Made by a program: the position numbers and the translations under genes. 48,375 nucleotides of DNA from Patescibacteria group bacterium (GTDB lineage Bacteria; Patescibacteriota; Minisyncoccia; Moranbacterales; SCTJ01): positions 1 through 48,375 of the forward strand of contig SCTJ01000052.1 of the NCBI GenBank assembly GCA_004297805.1, read 5' to 3'. The notes below the pieces were generated by a model. That model saw only the letters and a program-made list of their open reading frames with translations, was not told the DNA's origin and searched no databases. Position 1 is the stretch's first letter. Every line of letters starts with the position of its first letter. Below are positions 36,257 to 43,690 of the stretch, piece by piece.

Positions 36257-36688
36257 TTAGCGGAACTTAGAGAATTGTTTAACTCTCGAGGCAATGCAGA
36301 TGGAAATTACTGGGACAAGAACCATCTGCAAAACCGGGGCCAAACCAACTTTGAAAAAAGGCATCACTGGCATCAAGCTGTTATATGACCACCGACCGGT
36401 CGCAAGAGCATATTTTTCCACCGCCACACCCAAAATAAATCCGGCAAGCATAATCATAGCCATTCTTTTCCAGCCTAATCTTTCTTCCGCCAGGACTTTC
36501 CTAAAAACAAAGCTGTCTAGCATCAAAATCAAACTGACCAGAATAACATCTCCAAGACTCGCACGGATATGTACCTCCACTAAGCCTGCTACGCCAACAA
36601 AGTGCGGCGCATACAGCCACGCCTGACTGATTTCCCAGAGGAAGTTCAGGATAAAAGCAATCGATAGTATCTTGGCCGCGTGGCGCAT
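36257..36688 (-). CDS. Hypothetical integral membrane protein
   Basis: 143 aa, about 4 TM helices. No family recognised. Confidence 0.5.
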   Translation of the reverse strand: MRHAAKILSIAFILNFLWEISQAWLYAPHFVGVAGLVEVHIRASLGDVILVSLILMLDSFVFRKVLAEERLGWKRMAMIMLAGFILGVAVEKYALATGRWSYNSLMPVMPFFKVGLAPVLQMVLVPVISICIASRVKQFSKFR

Positions 36689-36703
36689 ATTTTTGTCGTT
36701 CTG

Positions 36704-37321
36704 CTATTTCCCAAAAAGATCACTCACAATCGGTGTTAGTCGTTCTTCAATCACGGCATAACCGGCATCGTTGGGATGGATGGGATCAGACATATATTTG
36801 GGTTTTCCAAACACATCCCGGAGAATATCCGGAACGTACACTGCACCCGCCCTCTTGGCCACGGCCTCAAAATCAGCGTCTCGTCCGCCCCCAATCAGGC
36901 CGCTCCGCACACCCACCAACGCCACTACTGCCCCGTTGCTTTGAAAATAAGTTACGATTTTTTCGAGATTCTGAAATGTTTCGGTTTGCGGAATTTTCCT
37001 CAGCACATCATTGCCGCCGAGAATAATGATTACCACTCCTGGGTCTTCATTGGCGGCCACCGCCATGCGTTCCAAGCCATCACGAGTCGTGTCGCCGCTC
37101 TTCCCATAGTTCAGCACTGTTTTGCCAAGCTGCGCCGCGAGTCGACTACTCAAATCATTCCCGGCCGTCGCTCCCACCCCCTCCGCCAAACTGTCACCAA
37201 AAATCAGAATGGTTCCATTTTTAGGCGGAACATTTTTAATTTCCGGAGCTTTTCTGAAAATAAAGAATCCGGCCATCCCCAATAAAACCACTGCTACAAT
37301 TATAATCAACGTCCTTTTCAT
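36704..37321 (-). CDS. SGNH/GDSL hydrolase family protein
   Basis: Block I IFGDSLAEG, block III ILGGND, block V DPIHPN. N-terminal TM/signal. Confidence 0.85.
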   Translation of the reverse strand: MKRTLIIIVAVVLLGMAGFFIFRKAPEIKNVPPKNGTILIFGDSLAEGVGATAGNDLSSRLAAQLGKTVLNYGKSGDTTRDGLERMAVAANEDPGVVIIILGGNDVLRKIPQTETFQNLEKIVTYFQSNGAVVALVGVRSGLIGGGRDADFEAVAKRAGAVYVPDILRDVFGKPKYMSDPIHPNDAGYAVIEERLTPIVSDLFGK

Positions 37322-37335
37322 GAGATTATTCTAAC

Positions 37336-37385
37336 ACAAAAACAGCCTGCCTGCCGGTAGGCAGGGGTTTGGACCCTGTTTTTGT
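37336..37385 (-). terminator. Compound hairpin terminator of the 37459-38208 gene
   Basis: Outer 10-bp stem ACAAAAACAG/CTGTTTTTGT encloses CCTGCC...GGCAGG. The T-run is part of the stem. A second CCTGCC-atc-GGCAGG hairpin lies at 37391-37405. Confidence 0.6.
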
Positions 37386-37458
37386 ATTTGCCTGCCATCG
37401 GCAGGGAAATGTGTTGGCGTCGTCCCACCTGAAGTGGATTGATACCGAGTACTAAGTC

Positions 37459-38208
37459 TTATTGCGCGGGAACAGGTGCTGGAGATTCTGGGGTAGTAGT
37501 TGTGTCAGTAGCCTCTGGCGCCTCAGCAATTGCCTCTTCCACCTCAGTCGCCAAGTCTTCCTCAGCTTGCTCATCTATCGGGGTTGAGTCATAACCGCTC
37601 AAAAATTTGGAGACCCAACCAAAAAGGCTGAAGCTGCTTTCATTGGTGGTGATGACTGTTTTGATTCTCTCCCGCTCTTGCATTAGCGTTGCCAGTTCCG
37701 CTTCAATCAACGCTTGATTTTCCGGGGTCTGGACTTGCGTCAAGGACTTGGTGAGCTTACGAATGTCATTTTCGTTATGCACCAAACTGCTGCGCAATTG
37801 TCCAAGGTTCTTGTAGTCAGTACCGATCAGAAAAGTTTTCACCTTTCCTCGTCCTTCTACTTCAGCGATAGCCTCGGTAGTTTCCTCCTCGTTTTGATCC
37901 TGTTCTGCGGCCACCTCGTCAATTTGTTCACTCACTTCAGTGTTGCCCGCCGTCTCCTCATCATCCGCTACTTCCTTCAAATTTTTTGCCACTTCGTTTG
38001 ATTTCTCCTTGTGCAACTGAGAATTAGTGGTGCCTTTGGATTTATCCGCCTTTTCAAAATTTTTGAGACTGGCCGTATTGGACTTGCCATTGTCCCCTGA
38101 TTTATCCTTGCCATTGTCGCCTTTAGCCACCGCCACTAATGACGCGAAGCCTAGCGAAAGTGCCAGTGCCATCACGAAAAGATATGAAAACCGTGCTTTT
38201 TGCTGCAT
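37459..38208 (-). CDS. Hypothetical secreted acidic coiled-coil protein
   Basis: Signal peptide, Lys/Asp/Glu-rich low-complexity region, central helical segment, acidic Thr/Pro tail. Confidence 0.6.
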   Translation of the reverse strand: MQQKARFSYLFVMALALSLGFASLVAVAKGDNGKDKSGDNGKSNTASLKNFEKADKSKGTTNSQLHKEKSNEVAKNLKEVADDEETAGNTEVSEQIDEVAAEQDQNEEETTEAIAEVEGRGKVKTFLIGTDYKNLGQLRSSLVHNENDIRKLTKSLTQVQTPENQALIEAELATLMQERERIKTVITTNESSFSLFGWVSKFLSGYDSTPIDEQAEEDLATEVEEAIAEAPEATDTTTTPESPAPVPAQ

Positions 38209-38239
38209 ATTGTTTCTGTTAGCTTATTAACCTAATCTG

Positions 38240-38248
38240 ATTATAGCA
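38240..38248 (-). promoter_or_regulatory. Extended -10 element
   Basis: Minus strand reads TGCTATAAT (perfect TGnTATAAT) about 32 nt upstream of the ATG at 38208. Confidence 0.55.
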
Positions 38249-38350
38249 AAATTGCCGTCCATCTGCAATCACCGTCAATTTAGACGCACAAACGCGAAAA
38301 GAGCAGTTGATTCTTCTCGGGGAGGCAATCCCTCCATAGCTTCTGCCATG

Positions 38351-38386
38351 AAAACGACTCATCGGGGAAACCCGATGAGTCGTTTT
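38351..38386. terminator. Strong bidirectional terminator
   Basis: AAAACGACTCATCGGG-gaaa-CCCGATGAGTCGTTTT, a perfect 16-bp stem with a GAAA loop. Confidence 0.85.
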
Positions 38387-38410
38387 AGCATATGCTAGGC
38401 CGAAACGATA

Positions 38411-38668
38411 TTATTCTGCCACACAATATAATGCTATGTACCCAGCGTTGTTTTCTGGATTAGTACCTTTCCGCTGTGAGATGTAGAAACCATTGCTATT
38501 GGGAGCCAGGATTCCATTTGGACCGTGCTGCGCATAGGAAGCTCGAGCCTGACCAAAGCAAGCGTTTGAGTTGGCATTTTCACTCACAACTGGCGAAGCG
38601 GCTAGGGCCGTCAAGGAAAAGGCCACCATTCCCGCAGTAGCCAATGCTGTTGTTATAATTTTTTTCAT
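38411..38668 (-). CDS. Small secreted two-Cys peptide, family member A
   Basis: The signal peptide MKKIITTALATAGMVAFSLTALAA is nearly identical to that of 47212-47487. The mature part is about 61 aa, Gly/Asn-rich, with 2 Cys. Confidence 0.7.
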   Translation of the reverse strand: MKKIITTALATAGMVAFSLTALAASPVVSENANSNACFGQARASYAQHGPNGILAPNSNGFYISQRKGTNPENNAGYIALYCVAE

Positions 38669-38741
38669 AATTTTGAAGATTAATTGCATTAATTACAATT
38701 TGGCATGTCGACCTCATACCGTTTCAGATTTTGATGCTTCC

Positions 38742-38747
38742 ATTATA
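38742..38747 (-). promoter_or_regulatory. -10 hexamer TATAAT for small peptide A
   Basis: Minus strand reads GGTGTATAATGG. The same context occurs at 47557-47562 upstream of peptide B. Confidence 0.5.
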
Positions 38748-38944
38748 CACCTTTGAGTTTGGCGGGCCAATGCGAGAAAATACCCCTGCCTACCGGCCCG
38801 CTTAGCCGAATTGAGACGAGCAGGCAGAATTTAGGACATTTCTCACCAATCGATTTTGTTTGGAATTATTCTCGGTGAAATATAAAGTTGTGGTTGTTGT
38901 ACTACACATTATCAACCACTACAACCAATCATGTCGGCTAGCTT

Positions 38945-39112
38945 ATGACAATATCCAAGAAACAACGTGTAACCTTATTTCTCAATCCGAGCCTTTTGAA
39001 ACATGCTAAAGCTCAAGCCATAGTCGAGGAAGTCAGCCTAACCACACTGGTGGAAAAGGCTTTATCCAAATATTTACCCAAGGAAACCATACTCAAAAAA
39101 ACGGAGATCTAA
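38945..39112 (+). CDS. Ribbon-helix-helix (CopG/antitoxin-like) small protein, 55 aa
   Basis: Not in the ORF track because it is under 60 aa. My translation is MTISKKQRVTLFLNPSLLKHAKAQAIVEEVSLTTLVEKALSKYLPKETILKKTEI, which has a beta-strand then two-helix RHH pattern. Confidence 0.5.
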   Translation: MTISKKQRVTLFLNPSLLKHAKAQAIVEEVSLTTLVEKALSKYLPKETILKKTEI

Positions 39113-39183
39113 ATTTATTTTTTAATTGTTAAGCATGGCCTAGAAAGTCTCCCTCTTTAATTCAAAAGTTAAACTACAATCGT

Positions 39184-39546
39184 ATGGATGCATACACGTC
39201 TCCAAGCACAAAACCGCTCTATCGGGGAACACAAATCGTTTGGTACCTCTTGGGACTAGTCGAGATCCTCTTGGCTTTCCGTTTCGTCCTGAGACTCTTG
39301 GGAGCCAACCCAGAAGCCGGCTTTACTAGCTTCGTTTACGGTGTTACCTACATCTTCGCCGCTCCATTCCTCAGCGTCTTCCAAACCACCAAAGTTTTGG
39401 TTGGTAGCTATTTTGAGTGGACCACACTTTTGGCAATGCTTGTCTATTGGGTAATCGCTTTCGGCATCGTTAGACTGCTCCTTATTGGCAAGACCGTTTC
39501 CACTCCGGAAGCTGCGGTCAAACTGGACGAACAGGAAAAGCAATAA
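39184..39546 (+). CDS. YggT-like membrane protein
   Basis: 120 aa. LLGLVEILLAFRFVLRLLGANP plus two further TM helices. Confidence 0.5.
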   Translation: MDAYTSPSTKPLYRGTQIVWYLLGLVEILLAFRFVLRLLGANPEAGFTSFVYGVTYIFAAPFLSVFQTTKVLVGSYFEWTTLLAMLVYWVIAFGIVRLLLIGKTVSTPEAAVKLDEQEKQ

Positions 39547-39572
39547 TCTATCTAATTAATTAAGTTAAATAT

Positions 39573-39812
39573 ATGGGCATTGTTTTGTGGATTGTCTTCG
39601 GGGCAATCGTGGGTCTAGTAGCCTCATTGGTCATGGGGAATAAAGATGGATTGGTGGTAGACATCATCATCGGCATAGTTGGAGCAGTGTTAGGAGGTTG
39701 GCTGATGAGCTTTTTTGGAAAGGTCGGAGTCACCGGATTCAATTTATACAGCTTTCTGGTGGCCCTGCTCGGAGCAGTGGTATTGATTGCCATTGTAAGA
39801 GCGGTTCGCTAA
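39573..39812 (+). CDS. GlsB/YeaQ/YmgE family stress-response membrane protein
   Basis: 79 aa. Gly-zipper TM pattern IVFGAIVGLVASLVMG...IIIGIVGAVLGGWL. Confidence 0.8.
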   Translation: MGIVLWIVFGAIVGLVASLVMGNKDGLVVDIIIGIVGAVLGGWLMSFFGKVGVTGFNLYSFLVALLGAVVLIAIVRAVR

Positions 39813-39837
39813 AGACAACCACGGAATTGGAACAAGG

Positions 39838-39862
39838 TACCCAGCTATGTCTGGGTATTTTT
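39838..39862 (+). terminator. Intrinsic terminator of the plus-strand block
   Basis: TACCCAG-ctatgt-CTGGGTA followed by TTTTTATTT. Confidence 0.75.
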
Positions 39863-39872
39863 ATTTGACCAA

Positions 39873-39895
39873 CGCAAAAACGCCATTTCTGGCGT
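39873..39895 (-). terminator. Intrinsic terminator of the caspase-like gene
   Basis: Minus strand reads ACGCCA-gaaa-TGGCGT followed by TTTTGCGTT. Confidence 0.65.
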
Positions 39896-39927
39896 CCTTG
39901 CTATATTATTTCAAAGTTTGGCTTTGC

Positions 39928-40971
39928 CTAATGTCCAAGCAACAAATCGTTGGTGAATTTATCGCTCAAGACAGGTGCTTGTTTGGTTTTAATGATTGGA
40001 TAGGTGTAACTAAATGCTTCTTCTGCAGTTACCTGACTATCGACTTGGGATAGTAAGTTAATACTATCGGCTTGCATATTAGTCATTCCGCTAACTACAA
40101 AGTAGTGACTGAAAAGTCCTTCGCTGTAAGTATATCCGGAAGTCGAGGTTCCTCCGCCTCCTAAAGTATATGTCCACGAGCTTTGATTCTCTACGCTGGA
40201 CATGGCAATAACACGATTTACTCCGGCAATATCATTCATGCCGCCTGCCAGACACATATCAAAAACAAAAGCCTCTCGATATACAGACAAGCTATCAGCC
40301 CATGCCTTCAAGTCATCATCCCAAATAAACTGACCATCATAAGTATAAATAGCCTCGTCTACTTTTTCACCATCCACTATTCCGTAATAATTTCCTGAAA
40401 CACCGTGTCCGCTGTAAAAGAAAACCACTTCATCATCGCCATCCAATTTTGACTGCAAACTGTTCATTGCATCTACAATACTGGCTTTGGTAGCATCGCT
40501 ATCACGAAGAATGGTGATATTGGCAGGATTATATCCATATTGGTTAACCAGAGCATCTTTCATATGGATGCTGTCATAGTCCTGGCAATAATATCTTGGG
40601 TCAGTAGTTGGAAACACTGACACATCAGCCTCATCGGTTTCGGCTACTAACGGACAAAGGTCATTCGCTGTGCCGTTATAGTTGGCTAGCCCAACTACTA
40701 TTGCATACCTTTCCCCTGTGGTTGGAATCGGTTCGCCCACTATCCCCGTAGCCAGTGGCTGGAACACTCTACTTCTGGCTCCACTTCCCATTTTGCCTTT
40801 GGCTAGTTCATCCAGAGATTTCCGCTCCTCGTCAGAAATCAATTGTTTTTTATGAACTTTAATGTCCGTGGACTTGGCATTGTTTTTTTCTTCCTGCTGG
40901 GCATTAACGTTTATTCCCAACAAGATGAAAAATAAAAATAATGTTACTGACACTGCTATGATTTTTTTCAT
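39928..40971 (-). CDS. Secreted clan CD (caspase/legumain-like) cysteine peptidase
   Basis: Signal peptide. YAIVVGLANY, His-Gly dyad FFYSGHG and catalytic Cys context AFVFDMCLAGG, in caspase-fold order. Confidence 0.65.
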   Translation of the reverse strand: MKKIIAVSVTLFLFFILLGINVNAQQEEKNNAKSTDIKVHKKQLISDEERKSLDELAKGKMGSGARSRVFQPLATGIVGEPIPTTGERYAIVVGLANYNGTANDLCPLVAETDEADVSVFPTTDPRYYCQDYDSIHMKDALVNQYGYNPANITILRDSDATKASIVDAMNSLQSKLDGDDEVVFFYSGHGVSGNYYGIVDGEKVDEAIYTYDGQFIWDDDLKAWADSLSVYREAFVFDMCLAGGMNDIAGVNRVIAMSSVENQSSWTYTLGGGGTSTSGYTYSEGLFSHYFVVSGMTNMQADSINLLSQVDSQVTAEEAFSYTYPIIKTKQAPVLSDKFTNDLLLGH

Positions 40972-41002
40972 TGTTTTTTCATGTTAGTTATTTACTGCCG
41001 AA

Positions 41003-41011
41003 AGTATAGCA
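41003..41011 (-). promoter_or_regulatory. Extended -10 element for the caspase-like gene
   Basis: Minus strand reads TGCTATACT about 32 nt upstream of the ATG at 40971. Confidence 0.5.
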
Positions 41012-41109
41012 CTTTTTCATCCAATTAGACAGGCAGCCTGTCGAGGGCGGATCTGAGTAGACCAACGCAAAAACCCCGCCGGGAGCGAGAGCGAAAAACT
41101 TGCATATCA

Positions 41110-41164
41110 CAACATTCTCACATTCTTGCCTGCCCGCCTTGGGAGGGAGAATGTGAGAATGTTG
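41110..41164. repeat. Perfect 17-bp inverted repeat with 21-nt loop
   Basis: CAACATTCTCACATTCT ... AGAATGTGAGAATGTTG. It is embedded in a module related to 42715-42820 and 43492-43576. Confidence 0.9.
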
Positions 41165-41211
41165 GGACGTTTCCGTATTCAAGAGAACGTACCCAAAATT
41201 AAAATGGATAA

Positions 41212-42072
41212 TTACCAAACGGCTATGCCAGCCAGGCCCATCACTATCAAGCCGACGGAGATATATTGTTGAACGGAAAGTCTTTCTTTGTAGGCAAGGT
41301 TTGCATAAATCATCGCCACCAATGGATTGGCCATATAGAGCATAATCACAATGCTAACCGCCGTTGATTTGATTCCATAATTATAGGCTAGCGTCGCGAT
41401 AAAACTGAAGATTGCCATTGAGATTATATATTTTCCAAAACCACCTGGCAGGGCGAATGTTTCTTTCGCCTGCCACATCTGCACGGCACACATGAGCAAC
41501 ATGACAACTTCAACAATGAAGGATGTCATAATCGGTCCGACCAGCGAAACGGGGAATTTAAACAGGAAGAAAGTTACCCCCCACCCGATGCACGCAGCCA
41601 AGGCAAATGGCACGCCACTGGTCAACTTGGTAAGCTGAGAATTTTTCAGATCTCTGAAATTGAGCGAAATCAAAATAACACCAGCGACGACCGATAGCCC
41701 ACTCGTCCATTGCCAGGCGTTTAATCTCTCTCCGAGAAAAATGACGGCTAGCAAAGTCGTGATCAGCGCCGAAGAATTGGCAATAGGTGTGATTACTCCG
41801 ACTTTGCCATAATGCATCCCCTTATAGAAAAGCATCATTGGGAAATAGGCGAAGATTGCCACGGCCACAGCTACTAATATTCCTCGCAGCGTAACACCCT
41901 CGGGAAAAACAAAAACAAGCAAAATAAACAGTAACGAGGTAGCTCCCACGCCACGATAAAACATGGTCTTCAGCGCGCCTATTTTTTGGGCCGGAACTCG
42001 GGACAAGGCACTGTTCATGCCAAATCCAATCATCGCCAACAAACCAAAAATAACCCCCTGTGAAATTTCCAT
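41212..42072 (-). CDS. EamA/DMT family transporter
   Basis: 286 aa, 10 TM in two EamA-like halves. Confidence 0.8.
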   Translation of the reverse strand: MEISQGVIFGLLAMIGFGMNSALSRVPAQKIGALKTMFYRGVGATSLLFILLVFVFPEGVTLRGILVAVAVAIFAYFPMMLFYKGMHYGKVGVITPIANSSALITTLLAVIFLGERLNAWQWTSGLSVVAGVILISLNFRDLKNSQLTKLTSGVPFALAACIGWGVTFFLFKFPVSLVGPIMTSFIVEVVMLLMCAVQMWQAKETFALPGGFGKYIISMAIFSFIATLAYNYGIKSTAVSIVIMLYMANPLVAMIYANLAYKERLSVQQYISVGLIVMGLAGIAVW

Positions 42073-42711
42073 TTAGTCGTTACGAATATTGTTTAATTTC
42101 TTCCTAGCAATAATCCTGATCCAGTGGGTGTCTTTTCTGCCCCCATCATCCTTGCGTAAACTCGAATATAACACCTCATAGCCCTCATTCTTCAGTATTT
42201 TTTCGAGCTCACCTTCTGAAAAATAGACAAACCATCTTTTCTCTTCGGAAAGTTTATCTTTTTTGTAGGAGGTTCCCTTACCCTTTTTGACCTGAATGAA
42301 AATAACACCTCCCGGCCTCAAAACTTTGTGAATATTTCTGAGAACGTTTGGGATATCCTTTTTTGAAATATGCAACAATACCGCCGAAGCCCAAACCCCA
42401 TCGAAAGAGTTAACAGGAAGCTTCAGCTGAAGCAAATCCATCTTTTTGAACCTCGCTTCTGGAACATTCTTTCTAGCTTGTCTCAAAAAGGTATCGACCA
42501 AATCAATACCTGTAACTCTGAATCCTTTTCCGGCAAACCTTTTGCTGTCTCTGCCACCCGCGCAACCAATATCCAATACCGACCCCTTCCTTGGCAGCAA
42601 TTTAGCAAAATCCAAAAATTCGCTAGGCATTAGACCCTCAATTACCTTTAGATAGGCGCTTCCCATCCTTGAATACGCTTTGATTGTATTGGCATGTTTG
42701 TCGCCTTCCAT
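42073..42711 (-). CDS. Class I SAM-dependent methyltransferase
   Basis: Motif I VLDIGCAGGRDS, motif post-I GIDL, and SFDGVWASAVLLH. Its stop abuts the EamA start. Confidence 0.85.
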   Translation of the reverse strand: MEGDKHANTIKAYSRMGSAYLKVIEGLMPSEFLDFAKLLPRKGSVLDIGCAGGRDSKRFAGKGFRVTGIDLVDTFLRQARKNVPEARFKKMDLLQLKLPVNSFDGVWASAVLLHISKKDIPNVLRNIHKVLRPGGVIFIQVKKGKGTSYKKDKLSEEKRWFVYFSEGELEKILKNEGYEVLYSSLRKDDGGRKDTHWIRIIARKKLNNIRND

Positions 42712-42714
42712 ACT

Positions 42715-42820
42715 CCCATCATATCAAAAAACCCCTGCCGGAGCGAGGGTGGAAGAATTACGTAATTTTTATCCACCTCAGGTGGAAATTACGTAATTGT
42801 TTACGTAGATATGAACGTAG
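42715..42820. repeat. Promoter-module repeat, copy b
   Basis: CCCATCATATCAAAAAACCCCTGCCGGAGCGAGGGTGGaAGAaTTACGTAATT...TTTACGTAGATATGAACGTAG. It matches 43492-43566 with 2 mismatches plus a 31-nt internal duplication. The minus strand reads TGATATGAT at 42718-42726. Confidence 0.9.
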
Positions 42821-42858
42821 CAAGATGCTTCATAAAAAGTTTCGACAAATCGTATTTT

Positions 42859-43458
42859 TTATTTATTCAAAATCAATTTATTCCAATTTGGTCTTGGCAA
42901 AACAGCTTTTGACCCTGCCTTGCACATCGGACAATCAGACTCAGGATATAGATTTCCTTTTTCAGCTATTGCCGATACAATCTCTAAGTCTAATAATGTT
43001 TTGGCTCCAGAGAAATTACCAATTGTGAATATCGGCGATTGAACTTTTGCACCTAATCCATCCAGGATTTTAATCGTTTTTTTGATGCTCCCGCCAGAAT
43101 AGATATCATCACCTACTACAGTAACCACGTCCCCCTTTCTGATATCGAAATCACATGTTTCGGTTTTTGTATCCGCATATCCAAATTTAGCACCAATCTG
43201 TCTTGCCAGCGCATATGCGATAGCTAGACCAAATGGCGGATATGAAATTACCCAATCTGGTTGTATATTTCTCAACCCAAGTTCCTTGGAAAAAATGTTC
43301 TTTACTATATTCTCAATCAAAGGAACATCTGAAACCACATAATCAGTATTCAAATATAAATCTGAATGCATCCCACTTTCTGATGTCTGAACATGGAACT
43401 TGGAATGATCGTACTTCCATATCGCCTTATCATTTATCATTTCAGGAATGGTTTTCAT
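42859..43458 (-). CDS. Phosphoribosyltransferase family protein
   Basis: PRPP-binding loop VVTVVGDDIYSGGSIKKT. 199 aa with a C-terminal CPMC. Confidence 0.75.
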   Translation of the reverse strand: MKTIPEMINDKAIWKYDHSKFHVQTSESGMHSDLYLNTDYVVSDVPLIENIVKNIFSKELGLRNIQPDWVISYPPFGLAIAYALARQIGAKFGYADTKTETCDFDIRKGDVVTVVGDDIYSGGSIKKTIKILDGLGAKVQSPIFTIGNFSGAKTLLDLEIVSAIAEKGNLYPESDCPMCKAGSKAVLPRPNWNKLILNK

Positions 43459-43491
43459 AAATTGTTAGGTTAAACATTACGCCGTCATAAG

Positions 43492-43576
43492 CCCATCATA
43501 TCAAAAAACCCCTGCCGGAGCGAGGGTGGGAGAGTTACGTAATTATTTACGTAGATATGAACGTAGTCCGGAACGT
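43492..43576. repeat. Promoter-module repeat, copy c, with 12-nt phased ACGT cores
   Basis: Same sequence as copy b. ACGT cores lie at 43537, 43549, 43561 and 43573. The minus strand reads TGATATGAT at 43495-43503. Confidence 0.9.
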
Positions 43577-43640
43577 ACCTAAAAATCGCAGGGCGATGTT
43601 AGCTCTTGGGGCAATAAAGTCCAGTCTAATTACCCACTGG

Positions 43641-43668
43641 TTGCCCACTCTTGCTTTTGTGCTATAAT
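43641..43668 (+). promoter_or_regulatory. Sigma-70-like promoter of the PD-(D/E)xK gene
   Basis: TTGCCC, a 16-nt spacer ending in TGC, then TATAAT. The extended -10 reads TGCTATAAT at 43660-43668. Confidence 0.6.
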
Positions 43669-43690
43669 TTCAATAGAAGTAAAAATACAA

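Noticed and set aside
40988-41218. 76-aa minus-strand ORF.
   Set aside because: It spans the hairpin-rich spacer and the caspase-gene promoter. It has no start context, and its translation is dictated by the repeats.
42715-43576. Considered that the direct repeats flanking the PRTase gene mark a composite transposon or integron cassette.
   Set aside because: There is no transposase or integrase, no terminal inverted repeats and no attC-like R-prime/R-double-prime cores. Both copies sit in the same position relative to a downstream ATG, so promoter-cassette duplication is the simpler reading.
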